A stretch of 64,000 nt of DNA from Lingula anatina. Lineage: Eukaryota > Animalia > Brachiopoda. The notes beneath the pieces were generated by a model that saw nothing but the letters and a program-made list of their open reading frames with translations, was not told where the DNA came from and did not search any database. How positions within the stretch are numbered: position 1 is the stretch's first letter; every line of letters starts with the position of its first letter. Below are positions 12,491-25,639 of this stretch, in pieces. Where the stretch lies: the NCBI GenBank assembly GCA_051362555.1, contig CM120645.1, positions 23,898,934-23,962,933 on the forward strand, written 5' to 3'. A program made the translations under genes and the position numbers.

Positions 12491-13720
12491 TTCAGTGGGT
12501 CTATGCACGATGCAAAAAGTCCGACAACACTTTTTTGTGATGAGATACTGCTGAAAAAATACAAAAATATCAGTTATAAAACGGCATGTTTGTTAATATC
12601 ATCTCACGGTATTAGTAGTTTGGAGTGCCATCTTATCAAAGATGTACTCAGTGGTTGGTTTACAGCTCTGCTGCCTTGTTTGAAAGTATTATAGTGTATC
12701 CGTTGACTAAATTCAGTGTGACTTTGGTGTATAAATATGTTCATCCCAGGTTAGGACGCCGCTTATTATAACCTTAAAATTGACGGTAGATTTCACCTTC
12801 GGTGTCTTATTGATTTGTATATACAGGGAGGGAGATGGTGGCCTGTCTTTGAAAGTAAAATTCAAAATTAATTGTTTTTTTGTTGTCGTTTGACTATTTT
12901 TCTGTCTGTCAAAAATTCCCCCTCTTAGGAATGGGGTTGGCGGGTTGCAGGAAGGATCTCTTATAAAGTTTACACATTGCAGATGTTGTATAGGCTTGGT
13001 TACGCGTTTCTTTTTCCAAAAAAAAAAAACTGTAATTATATAAATAACTGGTTAAAAATTTGTCACTTTGAACTTCGCAAAAAAGAACAAACCAAATCGC
13101 TCAAATGCACAAACTGGTACTTAAAAATGGCTGAATTAATAGATAACAAGTGATAAAGTTTGAATAAGTTTGAAAAAGGCAGACTCTAAAAACAATACGT
13201 TTATCGCCACTATGTAAATACTGACTGGTTGCATAACACACCGTGTAGTTGCTAATTAAGGTGACCCTGGACCATTCATTTACGGTAAATACCTCGAAAA
13301 ATTAATGTATCCTTTTATCTCATAGTTAACAATGAAAGAGATCTTTCATGGTGTCAAGATAGGATGATGAAATAGAATTATTATTTACTTAGAGACTAAA
13401 TTACATATATGTCCATAAATGGACCTTGGTTACGTGAATGATATTTTATTTATTTTACTTTATTTCACTATTACTTTAAGCTTTTTCATGATAGACAGAC
13501 TTTTGTATATACGGGATGCGGAGAGAAAAAGTGTAAATTGCGGCACGATTTTAACTGAATTACGCACTTTGTGTCACAACGTTTCCAAAACCGTTGAATA
13601 TTGGGCGCGATTTGCTCCAGTATTTTTAAGATAAACCTTTGCATTGTGATTAGATGTCTTGTTTGGCCCTGTGTTTATCTTGTTTATCTGTTTTTAGGAC
13701 CCCGTTCTTTTCTTTTTAAG

Positions 13721-14536
13721 GTATTGTATCTTTTTACCCTCCTGAGTTTCTTCGCACTACCAATGGTGGCGGAGGGAGAAAGAATGTGCGCTGTCTACAC
13801 CATGATAAGTCATGGCAGTATGATTCGCAGTGGAAGCCAAGAATTTGCCAGCGAGCAGTGGTACAAAATACACCGATATTTTGGTCGAAACACAAACGTC
13901 AGCATCGCAGCTGAAGGGAGGAAGTTCCTACAGTTTTTGAAGGAATGGTATGGAATCGATGTGTACGTTGCCGACGATGCCTTGTCAGGGGTTGATCCAA
14001 CTCCTGTGTTTTTCGAGACCATGGCAGTTAACTTTACTTTCAAAATCGTGACTCTTCCGCAGTCTGCCAATTTTAGACTTAATTCGGAGTCACGTGACAA
14101 TGAAGTTCGTTTTTATGATTCACAGATTTGCTTAATTACATGGTGGATTGTGATCAAAAATGAGTTTACTGTAACAGAGGGTCGAAATCAGGGAATGGTC
14201 GTCCCAGCAAGTAGTATGATTGGGTTACATTATTACAATATAAAACCTGGGCACAAGGGGTTCGATAGCGAAATTAAGCTACGTGGAGAAAACCGTGTTC
14301 CTGTTCTTTCAATTCCCACCCCCTTGGGCCAAGACACTAATCTGACCGGGTATGACATCACAGAAGGAACGTACGTCGTCTACAATCAGTATGTCACCAG
14401 TCTGACGAGGCCAGAGTTCGGTGACGGCGTAGCGCGTGGGATCTCTCCTCGATATGTGCACGGAAACGAATTTGTGAATGATGGTAGAATGGTGGTCACC
14501 TTCTCCTGTAACCGTACCGAGTACCGTCTGCCATAG
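13721..14536 (+). CDS. Family copy 5 (subfamily C): intact 271-codon coding exon; own promoter and leader deleted
   Basis: Acceptor tttaag|gtattg; open frame to ...TFSCNRTEYRLP*. Upstream sequence jumps from tacgggatgc (about 13519; this lies upstream of the promoter in copy 9) into sequence that within about 40 nt becomes late-intron sequence. Confidence 0.7.
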   Translation, partial: VLYLFTLLSFFALPMVAEGERMCAVYTMISHGSMIRSGSQEFASEQWYKIHRYFGRNTNVSIAAEGRKFLQFLKEWYGIDVYVADDALSGVDPTPVFFETMAVNFTFKIVTLPQSANFRLNSESRDNEVRFYDSQICLITWWIVIKNEFTVTEGRNQGMVVPASSMIGLHYYNIKPGHKGFDSEIKLRGENRVPVLSIPTPLGQDTNLTGYDITEGTYVVYNQYVTSLTRPEFGDGVARGISPRYVHGNEFVNDGRMVVTFSCNRTEYRLP

Positions 14537-16020
14537 ATTGACTTTAATGCAAACGGATTTTTAAATATATCTTTTTTGCTTCATGGTTTTCAGTTTTTAT
14601 TCTGAACCAGGGGGATTTATTGTAAAGGTTAGGAAAAGGGTAAAAGGAAAAAATAAAATTGCTTTGAAAGAGCACTTGGGCTATTTTTATGTCAAGATAA
14701 CTTTAATGAAATATTTCTGTTCGTGGGAGAGAATGAAAAAGAGAGAGAGTGAGATCCCTCCGCTCACCATAAAGTCCTCTTCACCTTTCAAGTTCCCTTT
14801 GAAACCCGTGCTTCTGATCACCACAGTCTCTCCATGACTGGGTCTCTCCATGAAAATGGCATTATTTGATAGATCCATGTTCATGTGCAGCTCACTCTCT
14901 CTCTTCCGCTTACCCCCCTCTCTTTCTCTCCCCCTCTCTCCCTCCCACTTTTGTTCTCTCTCTGTCTCTATCCCTCTCTCTCTTTCTCGTCCACTTACCC
15001 CGCCCTCTCTCTCTCTCCCTCCTCTCTTTCTCTCATTTTCTCTCAATGCGGACACTAAACCCAGCAAACCAAGGAAGATCTCCCAGAAAATTCGAGTATT
15101 GCTTCGACGTGTTTATTCAGGTGCTCAGTCTTCCTTACTTTCTGTCAGATGAAATAAGGCAAATGTCACAACCGAAGTTACATCTTTTTTTTCGTCACCA
15201 AGAACTCATCATGCATTTAAAAGATACATAAATTAATGAATGCAAATAATGAGAATGTCTTCACTAAAGCAAATTGCAATTCACTCACGATGTCTTCACT
15301 AAAGCAATGTGCAAATCACTCAGGGTGTCTTCACTAAAGCAATGGCCAATTCATTCAGGACGTCTTAATAAAAGCCAATTCAAGCAGTGGGTCTATGCAC
15401 GATGCAAAAAGTCCGACAACACTTTTTTTGTGATTAGATACTGCTGAAAAAAAAAATACAAAAATATCAGTTATAAAACAGCATGTTTGTTAATATCATC
15501 TCACGGTATTGGTAGTTTGGAGTGCCATCTTATAAAGGATGTACTCAGTGGTTGGTTTACTGCTCTGCGGCCTTGTTTGAAAGTATTATAGTGTATCCGT
15601 TGACTAAATTCAGTGTGACTTTGGTGTATAAATATGTTCATCCCAGGTTAGAACGCCGCTTATTATGAGCTTAAAATTGACGGTAGATTTCACCTTCGGT
15701 GTCTTATTGATTTGTATATACAGGGGAGAGATGGTGGCCTGTCTTTGAAAGTAAAATTCAAAATTAATTGTTGTTTTGATGTCGTTTGACTATTTTTCTG
15801 TCTGTCTGTTTGACTATTTTTCTGGAGAGAAAAAGTGTAAATTGTGGCACGATTTTAACTGAATTACACACTTTGTGTCACAACGTTTCCAAAACCGTTG
15901 AATATTGGGCGCGATTTGCTCCAGTATTTTAAAGGTAAACCTTTGCTTTGTGATTAGATGTCTTGGCACTGTGTTTATCTTGTTTATCTGTTTTTAAGAC
16001 CCCGTTCTTTTCTTTTTAAG

Positions 16021-16609
16021 GTATTGCATCTCTTTACCCTCCTGAGTTTCTTTGAACTACCAATGGTGCCGGAGGGAGAAAGAATGTGCGCCGTCTACAC
16101 CATGATAAGCCACGGCAGTATGATTCGCGGTGGAAGCCAAGAATTTGCCAGCAAGCAGTGGTACAAAATTCACAGATATTTTGGTCGAAACACAAACGCC
16201 AGCATCGCGGCTGAAGGGAGGAAGGTCCTACAGTTTTTGAAGGAATGGTATGGAATCGACGTGGACGTTGCCGACGATACCTTGTCAGGGGTTGATCCAA
16301 CTCCTGTGTTTTTCGAGACCTTGGCAGTTAACTTTACTTTCAAAATCGTGACCGTTCCGCAGTCTTCCAATTTTAGACTTTATTCGGAGTCACGTGACAA
16401 TGAAGTTCGTTTTTATGATTCACAGATTTGCTTAATTACATGGTGGATTGTGATCAAAAATGAGTTTACTGTAACAGAGGGTCGAAATCAGGGAATGGTC
16501 GTCCCAGCAAGTAGTGTGATTGGGTTAAATTATTACAATATAAAACCTGGATGATGGAAGAATGGTGATCACCTTCTCCTGTAATCGTACCGAGTATCGT
16601 CTGCCATAG
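16021..16609 (+). pseudogene. Family copy 6 (subfamily C): no leader, about 227-bp internal deletion
   Basis: aaacctgg is joined to atgatggaaga (equivalent to loss of 14251-14477 of copy 5), giving a stop at 16554. The upstream flank also lacks the leader. Confidence 0.85.
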
Positions 16610-17257
16610 ATAGCTTTCATTCATTGAAATGTTATCTTTCTTGGCTATTCAAATATGTCGTTTTTGCTGGTTTAAGAATTATTTTTCTCCCATGAAATTA
16701 ATTGTAAGGGTTGGGCAAAGGAAAATATATGAGAAGAATAAAATTTCATTGAAATAGTACTTGGACTACTTTTTTAACAAGACAATCCCACTCATTAGGA
16801 AGTGTGTGTGAGAGAGAAAGAGAGCGAGAGAGAGAAAGAGAAAGAGATCCTTCTTACCAAATTGACTCTGGCAAGAGTAATATCAAAGTACGCCATAACT
16901 TTCAGTACCTTTTGAAAGCCAAAAAGCTTTACTGTTTTATATATATACTAAAGCAAAGACCGGTGTTACGAAACTGAGGGTTAGCCATGGTAACAACGAC
17001 TTTCCAGCGTGGGAAGATAATCAAGCTAATTATACTGGTTGAATACCGATGTTACTTCTAGCGGTAATACCACTAAATGCGTCTCAGTTAAAATGTGAGT
17101 GTGAGCACTTCACTACGCCGCTGTTCAGTTGCCTTTTACTAGTCAACCGAAGAGGTGTACATGTACCAAAAGATAAAACCAGGGAAACATTTATGCGTCT
17201 CAATAGTCACCAAAATTAGGGACATGGTGAGTACAGCAATAATTTTAACTATTATTA

Positions 17258-17425
17258 CAGGCCCGTAGCCAGCAATTTCAAAAGGGGGGGTTCTTTTTCT
17301 GAAAAAGTGGACCTTTTTCCATAAAAACTTAATGAACCTAGATCAAATTATACCAAGAGTGGACCCCTTTCCACCAAAAGGGGCGGTTCTTTCGAACCCC
17401 CCGAACCCCCCTGGCTACGGGCCTG
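17258..17425. mobile_element. MITE with TIR CAGGCCCGTAGCCAG and 5-bp TSD (hAT-like)
   Basis: Perfect 15-bp TIRs flanked by TATTA on both sides. The paralogous intron of copy 8 (about 20610-20620) is the empty site. Confidence 0.85.
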
Positions 17426-17546
17426 TATTAGAATAAAGCGTATATTATCTGTTTTATGATATAACCATCTAATGGTGTTCACCAGAGTAGATACTGTGGT
17501 TAGTTATTTTACCGATGTGGTGTACATGCTGTTGTGTTAATATTAA

Positions 17547-17768
17547 GACTGGGTTCCCATAAACCTATCGTACTAGCAGGATCGATCTAACTCCGAGGGG
17601 ATTCTCGCTAAATCGTTTACAGTTTAAGCGGCTTAAATGTCTGTCATGCCAACAAAGCTGCTAGGGTGGTAATTATCTTTCGTGCAAGCTTAAACTAATG
17701 CAGTTTAGCAAGAAACCCCTTGGAGATAGATCGTTCTGCTAGTACGATAGGGATATGGGAATGGTCCC
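17547..17768. mobile_element. Long-TIR MITE (Harbinger/PIF-like) in the intron of copy 7
   Basis: About 60-bp imperfect inverted ends (ttcccata..cctatcgtactagcag / ctgctagtacgatagg..tatgggaa). Absent from the equivalent intron site in copies 10, 13 and 14. Confidence 0.75.
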
Positions 17769-19230
17769 TTAGTCCAGCAAGCTGTTGATATTGCTCTGTC
17801 TGCGTTACGGCTATCCGACTAATAAGGAATTAAATAAAAAATAATCACTGGAAAACATTCAGTTTTATTTAGAACACATCTGTTTCACAAATTGTCTGGT
17901 TTTAACCTCAGCTGGAAGTGCACTGTCCAGACGGGGGAGGGGGCTGGGGCTGGGGTGGGGATGGGGGATGGGGGGTGGGGGGTGGGGCGGGGATGATATT
18001 ACCGGAAATTAAATTAAGCCTATTTATTTCAAAGAGAAAATTACGCACTTGGTGTCACAACGTTGTTCCAAAACGGTTAAATATCGGGTTCGATTTGCTC
18101 CAGTATTTTAAACATAAACCCTCACTTTGTGATTAGATGTCTTGTCTTACCCTGTGTATATCTTGTGGAGCCTGCATTAAGGGTGACTCCGTTTCTTTTT
18201 CTTTTTTAAGGTATTACATCTCTTTTCCATCCTGTGTTTCTTCGCATTGCCAATGGTGGTGGCGAGAGAAAGAATGTGCGCTGTTTACACATTGATAAGC
18301 CACGGCAGTATGATTCGCGGCGGAAGCCAAGAATTTGCCACCGAGCAGTGGTATAAAATACACCGATATTTTGGTCGAAACACAAACGCCAGCATCGCGG
18401 CTGAAGGGAGGAAGGTCCTACAATTTTTGAAGGAATGGTATGGAATCGACGTGGACGTTGCCGACGATACATTGTCAGGGGTTGATCCAACTCCTGTGTT
18501 CTTTGAAACTTTACTTTCGATATCCTGACCCTTCCGCAGTCTGCTAATTTTAGACTTAATTCGGAATCACGTGGCAATGAAGTTCGTTTTTATGATTCTC
18601 AGGTTTGCTATAATGCATGGCTGATTGTGACCAATAATGAGTTTTCTGTAAAAGAGGGTCGAAATCAGGGAATGGTCGTTCCGGCAAATAGTATGATTGG
18701 GTTACACTATTACTATATGAAACCTGGGCGCAAGGGTTTCGATAGAGAAATCAAGCTACGTGCAGAAAACCGTGTCCCAAGTCTTTTAATTCCCACCCAC
18801 TTGGGTCAAGACACTTATCGGACAGAGTATGACGTCACAACAGGCACTTACATGGTCTTCAATGAGTATATCACCAGTCTGACGAGGCCAGAGTTCGGTG
18901 ACGGCGTAGCGCGTGGGATCTCTCCTCGATACGTGCATGGAAACGAATATCTGAATGATGGTAGAATGGTGATCACCTTCTCCTGTTACCGAACCAAATA
19001 TCGTCTGCCATAGATTACATTAATGTATTGAAAAGTTATCATTATGGGTTATTCGAATCTGTCATTGTTTTGTTGGTTTTAGAATTATTTTGCTCCCATG
19101 AAATTAATTGTAAGGGTTTTGCAAAGGAAAATATACGAGAAGAAAAAAATCTCATTGAAATTATTCTTGTACTACTTTTTAACAAGACAATTCCGCTCAT
19201 TAGTGTGTGTGTGTGTGTGTGTGAGTCTGA

Positions 19231-19272
<42 letters not shown>

Positions 19273-20584
19273 GCCATCCTTCTTACCAAATTGACTCTGG
19301 CAAGAGTAATACAAGTATCAAAGTACCCTACAAATTTCAGTACCTTTTGAAAATCAAAAAAGCTTTACTGTTTTATATATATACTTAAACCAAGACCGGT
19401 GTTACGAAACTGAGGGTTCGTGTATCAGAAAGTCCGCCTTCCATTTTGTTATAATGGTTAGGGTTAGCCTGACTTAAGTGGGTCTAAATTTAGAGCGAGG
19501 CTTCCTATCAAAATGAATGGCAAGCGGACTCTCTATCCCCGGCAAAAGGGATGGGGGTCTTTGGAAACCCCCCCCCCCCCCAGAACACGCCCTGGCTACG
19601 GGTCTACCAACACTTCTGTTTCTTCGGTAAGCAAATTGGAGAGGGCAAACCTTCGTCAGCATTTTTTGTCGTTTTCACCTCTAAACCTTAAACTATGTCC
19701 GTTCATATGATCAAATATCATTCTTAAACGATATGATTTATATTTGAAAGTGGCAAATCTAGTCAACCCATCTTATTTCTATGATGAAATCAATGTTCTC
19801 TGGGCAACGTTACTTAATTAATTACTGTGCTATTTTTTTACGTATGTGCTTTCAAAATGGATAAATCATTTTTATCAACGATCTACATTGAGTTAGTTGA
19901 GGGAGTGAAATGGTAACATTCTTTTTATTTTATTGAATAACCTGAAAAATATTTGGATATAACTTGACTGAAACTGACCTAATGAAAAATACTCTAAAAT
20001 ACTGTAATACAAGTCCCCTAACCCCCCTCTTACACAAATCAGCAATACGACAATGGTGCCGCGTGCCAATGGTTGCGTAATGCATCACAGGGGGCGTCTT
20101 CCGGAAGATGGTCAAATTGTCAAGTTTATACTGACGGGTATATAATTTTTTTCTGTCGGAAGACGGTCAAACATGGAGGACGGATCAACAAAGATAGTTT
20201 GGAAGACTGTCAGAAAATATCTCTGGATCCGTCCGTGATCATGCATGTCTTACTGTCTTGTAATGTGTTATGCTTAAAAACACCCTAAAATGTTCCGCTT
20301 TCATTCATTGTGTTGTAAACAACCAAAGATACGGGCATGCAGGCATGGTTACAACGACTTTCCAGCATGGGAAGATAATAAAGCTAATTATACTGGTTGA
20401 ACACCGATGTTACCTCTGCCGCGGTAATACCACTAAATGTGTCCCAGTTTAAATGTGAGTGTGAATACTTCACTACGCCGCTGTTCCGTTGCCTTTTACT
20501 AGTCAACCGAAGAGGTGTACATGTACCAAAAGATAAAACCAGGGTAACATTTGAGCGTCTCAATAGTCACCGAAAATTAGGGAC

Positions 20585-22188
20585 ATGGTGAGTGCAGCAA
20601 TAATTTAAACTATTATTAAAATAAAGCGTATGTTATCTGTTTTATGATATAACCATCTAATGGTGTTCACCAGAGTAGATACTGTGGTTAGTTATTTTAC
20701 CGATGTGGTGTACATGCTGTTGTGTTAATATTAAGACTGGGTTCCCATAAACCTATCGTACTAGCAGGATCGATCTAACTCCGAGGGGATTCTCGCTAAA
20801 TTGTTTACAGTTTAAGCGGCTTAAATGTCTGTCACGTCCAACGAAGCTGCTAGGGTGGTAATTATCTTTCGTTCAAGCTTAAACTTATGTAATTTAGCAA
20901 GAAACCCCTCGGAGATAGACCGTTCTGCTAGTACGATAGGGTATGGGAATGGTCCCTTAGTCCAACAAGCTGTTGGTATTGCACTGTCTGCGTTACGGCT
21001 ATCTGACCAATAAGGATTTAATTACAAACTAAACACAGAAAAACACCCAGTTTTATTTAGAACACATCTGTCTCACAAATTGTCTGGTTTTTAACCTCAG
21101 CTGGAAGTGCACTGTCCAGCCGGGGGATGGGGGGATGGGGGTGGGGCGAGGATGATGTTACCGGAAATTAAATTAAGCCTTTTTATTTCAAAGAGGGAAT
21201 TACGCACTTGGTGTCACAACGTTGTTCCAAAACGGTTAAATATCGGGCGCGATTTGCTCCAGTATTTTAAACATAAACCCTCACCTAGATGTCTTGTGAT
21301 TAGATGTCTTGTCTAACCCTGTGTATATCTTGTGCAGACTGTATTAAGGGTGACTCCGTTTTTTATTTTAGGTATTACATCTCTTTTCTCTCCTGTGTTT
21401 CTTCGCATTGCCAATGGTGGTGGCGAGAGAAAGAATGTGCGCTGTTTACACCATGATAAGCCACGGCAGTATGGTTCTCGATGGAAGCCAAGAATTTCCC
21501 AGCGACCAGTGGTACAAAGTACACCGATATTTTGGTCGAAACACGAACGCCAGCATCGCGGCTGAAGGGAGGAAGTTCCTACAGTTTTTGAAGGAATGGT
21601 ACGGTATCGTAGTAGATGTTGGTGACGATACCTTGTCAGGGGTTGATCCAACTCCTGTGGTTTTCGATACCACATCGGTTAACTTTACTTTTAAAATCAT
21701 GACTCTTTCGATGTCTGCTAATTTTAAAATTTACTCCGAGTCACGCAACAACAAAGTTCGTTTTTTACGGCTCCAAGATTTACAGTAACGCATGGCTGAT
21801 TATGACCAAAAATGAGTTTACTGTAACGGAGGGTCGAAATCAGGGAATGGTTGTTCCGGCAAGAAGTATGATTCGGCTAGAGTATTACTACATGAAACCT
21901 GGCCACAAGGGGTTTGACAACGAGATTATACTCCTTGCAGAAAACCGTGTTCCACTGCTTCTGATTCCCATCCCCTTGGGCCAAGACACTGATCTGACCG
22001 GGTGTGACGTCACACAAGGAACGTACGCTGTCTACAATCGCCACGTCATCAGTCTGACCAGGCCAGAGTTCGGTGACGGCTTAGCGCGTGGGATCTCTCC
22101 TCACTACGTGCACGGAAACGAATTTCTGAATGACGGTAGAATGGTGATCACCTTCTCCTGTAACCGTACCGAGTACGGTCTGCCATAG
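20585..22188 (+). pseudogene. Family copy 8 (subfamily C): leader 20585-20587, exon 21372-22188; only lesion is +1 T in a T-run
   Basis: gttcgTTTTTTacgg at 21761-21766 versus five T in paralogs. Both halves are otherwise open. Could be a sequencing error. Confidence 0.65.
20735..20956. mobile_element. Same long-TIR MITE as 17547-17768, at the paralogous intron position
   Basis: 222 bp, near-identical to the copy 7 insertion. Confidence 0.75.
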
Positions 22189-22734
22189 ATTGACTATATT
22201 ACAAACGGGGTTTTTAATATATCTTTTTTGCTTCATGGTTTTCAGTTTTTATTCTGAACCAGTGGGATTTATTGTAAGGTTTGGGCAAATGAAATCAGAG
22301 AAAAATATAAATCCGTTGATATCTGATAACGGACTTCTACGTGGTGAGATGAAATCTGCTAGTATGTAATATTTAACAAGTTACTATAATAATCAAGCGC
22401 TAAAATATCATCAAAAGAAATGCCATAAATTACATGAATATTTTTTTGCAGAGATCGTCTTCACTAAAGCAATGGCCAAGTTTAGTCACTGGGTATGAGC
22501 CAGTTACTTAAATTGTGATTATATTTTCATTTCAGTGACCTTATCAGCCATAAAACAGAGTGCTAGTTACGATATTGGTAGTTTGGAGTGCATCATAATA
22601 AGAACTCGCCTGACGTGGTATTTCATAATATGAATATTTAAATGAACTCTAAACTGTTGCCTTGATTGTTTTACAGTGAGGCACGGCTGCCCATCTGACG
22701 TGACAGGCATACAGTGTTTTTATTATCTATATTA

Positions 22735-23441
22735 TAAACACAGAAGACATATACAATCAAGGCTTTACATACACAAATAAATTATGAATACACCATACAT
22801 ATACAAGTATTTCATTGTTATCTACAATTTCACTTCTTAGTGCGAAGGCGTTTAATAAAAATCTAGCCAGTGAGAAAATGCTCTCTTCGTTCCGTCAGAC
22901 ATTATAGTTGTAAACAAGTATAAATTTGGAAAGCGGGATGTCCATTCAGTTCTAAAGTATTTCAATCTGAATTCGTCGTACTAGGGACATAAAAGTAAAA
23001 AAATGCATTTCGTTTTCTACTGTGTGAATGCCTAGTCTGAGACATAGAGGGCAAAACCTTTCATCTCTGTCGATTTTTGTATAACGGCCTCTTTCGATCA
23101 TGAGCTCATGACTTGAGCAACGAAAATTTGAAAGTACATGTATTTTTCTTTGCTTGTAGGTTAAAGGCAGTGAAAGGTATCGTTCAGGATTTAAAGCGCT
23201 TTTGTATAGTTTATAACTGATGCATTTAGGTGATACATTAATATCGGCAAATACAGTTTGTTGTGCACATTCTGTAATTCTAGTTCTAAATAAACTTAAG
23301 AACGCCTCTGCATCCCAGACATCGTTCGCTATCCAGGCGTATCCAAAACCATAATGAAATAAAAGTTTTTAATGCAAGTCGCCCAGGATGACCTTCCTTC
23401 AGTGTCTAAACGGCGTAACATAATAAAACATTGCTTGGGGT
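22735..23441 (-). mobile_element. Degenerate 3' fragment of a non-LTR retrotransposon ORF2 (CR1/RTE-X-like C-terminal Zn-binding region)
   Basis: The minus strand translates YPKQCFIML...WATCIK..., then LSNFRCSSHELMIERGRYTKIDRDERFCPLCLRLGIHTVENEMHF..CP* with frameshifts. The paralogous flank at about 26580-26600 lacks it. Boundaries approximate. Confidence 0.75.
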
Positions 23442-24027
23442 AAAAATATAGACATAAATAGTGACTAGCCAAAACGATGTAGGCGTTGTTGACTAGTTTC
23501 AGTGTACATACGATGTACGGTTCATCCCAGGCAAGAACGTGGCTAAAAAGACAATAGATTTCACCCTTTCAACTGCTCATTCATGTGTTTAAACTGTATA
23601 TAAACAGGAGGGGGATTACGACCTGTCTTTGAGAAATCAAATACAATCGCTTTTGTTTTCTTACATTCTTTTGCTATTTTGAAAAAAGTGTCTGGTTGTC
23701 CAAAATTTCTGAAAGCTAGTCGATCAACGCGGGTTTTTTGGTCATTCAGTTGTAATGTAGTTCCTGATCAAACTGTCGGTTTATTTTCATTTTAATGCTA
23801 CTTTATGCTTTTCCATTAAAGACAGGCAGGTCTATGCTTATACGGGATGCACATTAAAATATTCATGAAAATGGCTGCAAACTGCCACCATAAATGCCTT
23901 TTTACACTGTATATAATTTGAATACGCCGCTGTTCAGTTGTCTTTCACTAGTCAACCAAGGAGATGTACCAAGAAGATAAAGCCGGGGTAAATTTGAGCG
24001 TCTCAGTAATCGCGGAAGACTGGAAAC

Positions 24028-25220
24028 ATGGTAATTACGTAAGTTAAGCTGTAAACTTTATCAGATGCTTGCCTTTGTCATGTCCGTTTTATGGCATTAC
24101 AGCCTAATGGTGTTTGCTATCGTAGACACCGGTGATTTATTTGTTCTGGACTGGTGTGTTGTACACATAATGTGGTGTAAACTTTAAGTCCTACTGGAAT
24201 GTCCGTATTGCAATGTCTGCATTGTTTCTATCTGAAAACATTGGCTAGTAAACCACAGGATATATCCAGTTAAATTTTTGATACTTAAGGACCTGGGAAC
24301 CCAGTAAATATAGTTTCATTTTTAAGCTGTATATTAATCAAAGACTGTTCGGTCACGGGTGTCTTGAGATTACTAATTACACTGTGATTTTTTAAAGATA
24401 TACTATACAAACATCTTATGGGCATTGCGCATTTAGGACGATTCAGTTTCTTTTTTTTAAGGTGTCGCATCTCTTTTCCCTCTTGTGCGTTGTTTACACT
24501 ATGATAAGCCATGGCAGTATGGTTCACGGTGGAAGCCAAGGATTTGCCAGCGAGCAGTGGTACAAAATACACCGATATTTTGGTCTAAACACTAACGCCG
24601 GAATCGCGGCTGAAGGGAGAAAGTTGCTACAGTACGGCATCGACGTGGTTGTTGGCGACGATACCTTGTCAGGGGTTGATCCAACTCCCGTGGTTTTCGA
24701 TACAACATCGGTTAACTTTACTTTTCAAATCATGACCCTTCCGAAGTCTGCTAATTTTAAACTTTATTCCGAGTCACACAACAACAAAGTTCGTTTTTAC
24801 GACTCCAAGATTTACAGTAACGCATGGATGATTGTAACTAAAAATAAGTTTACTGTAACGGAGGGTCGAAATCAGGGAATGGTCGTCCCAGCAAATAGTA
24901 TGATACGGCTACAATATTACTATATAAAACCTGGACGCAAGGGGTTCGACAGCGAGATTTTGTTCCATGCGGAAGACCGCGTTCCAATTCTTTTAATTCC
25001 TATTCCCTTGGGTCAAAACACTGATCTGACCGGTTATGACGTCACACAAGGAACCTACGCCGTTTTTAACCATCACATCGTCAGTCTGACCAGGCCAGAG
25101 TTCGGTGACGGGGTAGCGCGTGGGGTCTCTCCTCGCTACGTGCACGGAAACGAATTATTGAATGATGGTAGAATGGTGATCACCTTCTCCTGTAACCGTA
25201 CCATGTACAGTCTGCCATAG
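24028..25220 (+). CDS. Family copy 9 (subfamily C): leader 24028-24030, exon 24462-25220, 253 aa with two in-frame deletions
   Basis: ATG|gtaatt; acceptor tttaag|gtgtcg; open frame. Lacks 14 codons around the signal-peptide cleavage site and 5 codons (FLKEW). Confidence 0.65.
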
Positions 25221-25369
25221 AATGACTATAATACAAACTGGGTTTTAAATTTATCATTTTTGCTTCATGATTTTCAGTTTTTATTCTGAATCAGTGGGAT
25301 TATTTGTAAGGGTATGGAAAAGGGATTATAACACCACCCTTAAAACATTTAATTTTCCAATTATCACTC

Positions 25370-25405
<36 letters not shown>

Positions 25406-25639
25406 ACAATACCACTTACACATTATCCCCAGCAAATGTTTGCTGATATCTCCCAAAAAATCTAAGTATTGCTTCAACACACTCGGTAGTTTATCCAGGT
25501 ACTTAATTCTTCTTTCTTCCTTCCTGTTAAGTAAAGAAAGCATAGTTAATAAATAAATAAATAAATAAATAAATAAAATAGAATAGAATAAAATAAAGAT
25601 ATTGCACCTGTTTTTATCAATCATACATGTACATTCTTT

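Larger units (their letters stand above)
17224..19013 (+). pseudogene. Family copy 7 (subfamily C): leader 17224-17226, exon 18211-19013, 13-bp frameshift deletion
   Basis: ATG|gtgagt; acceptor tttaag|gtatta. gaaac|tttact at about 18510 lacks 13 bp relative to paralogs. Confidence 0.85.
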
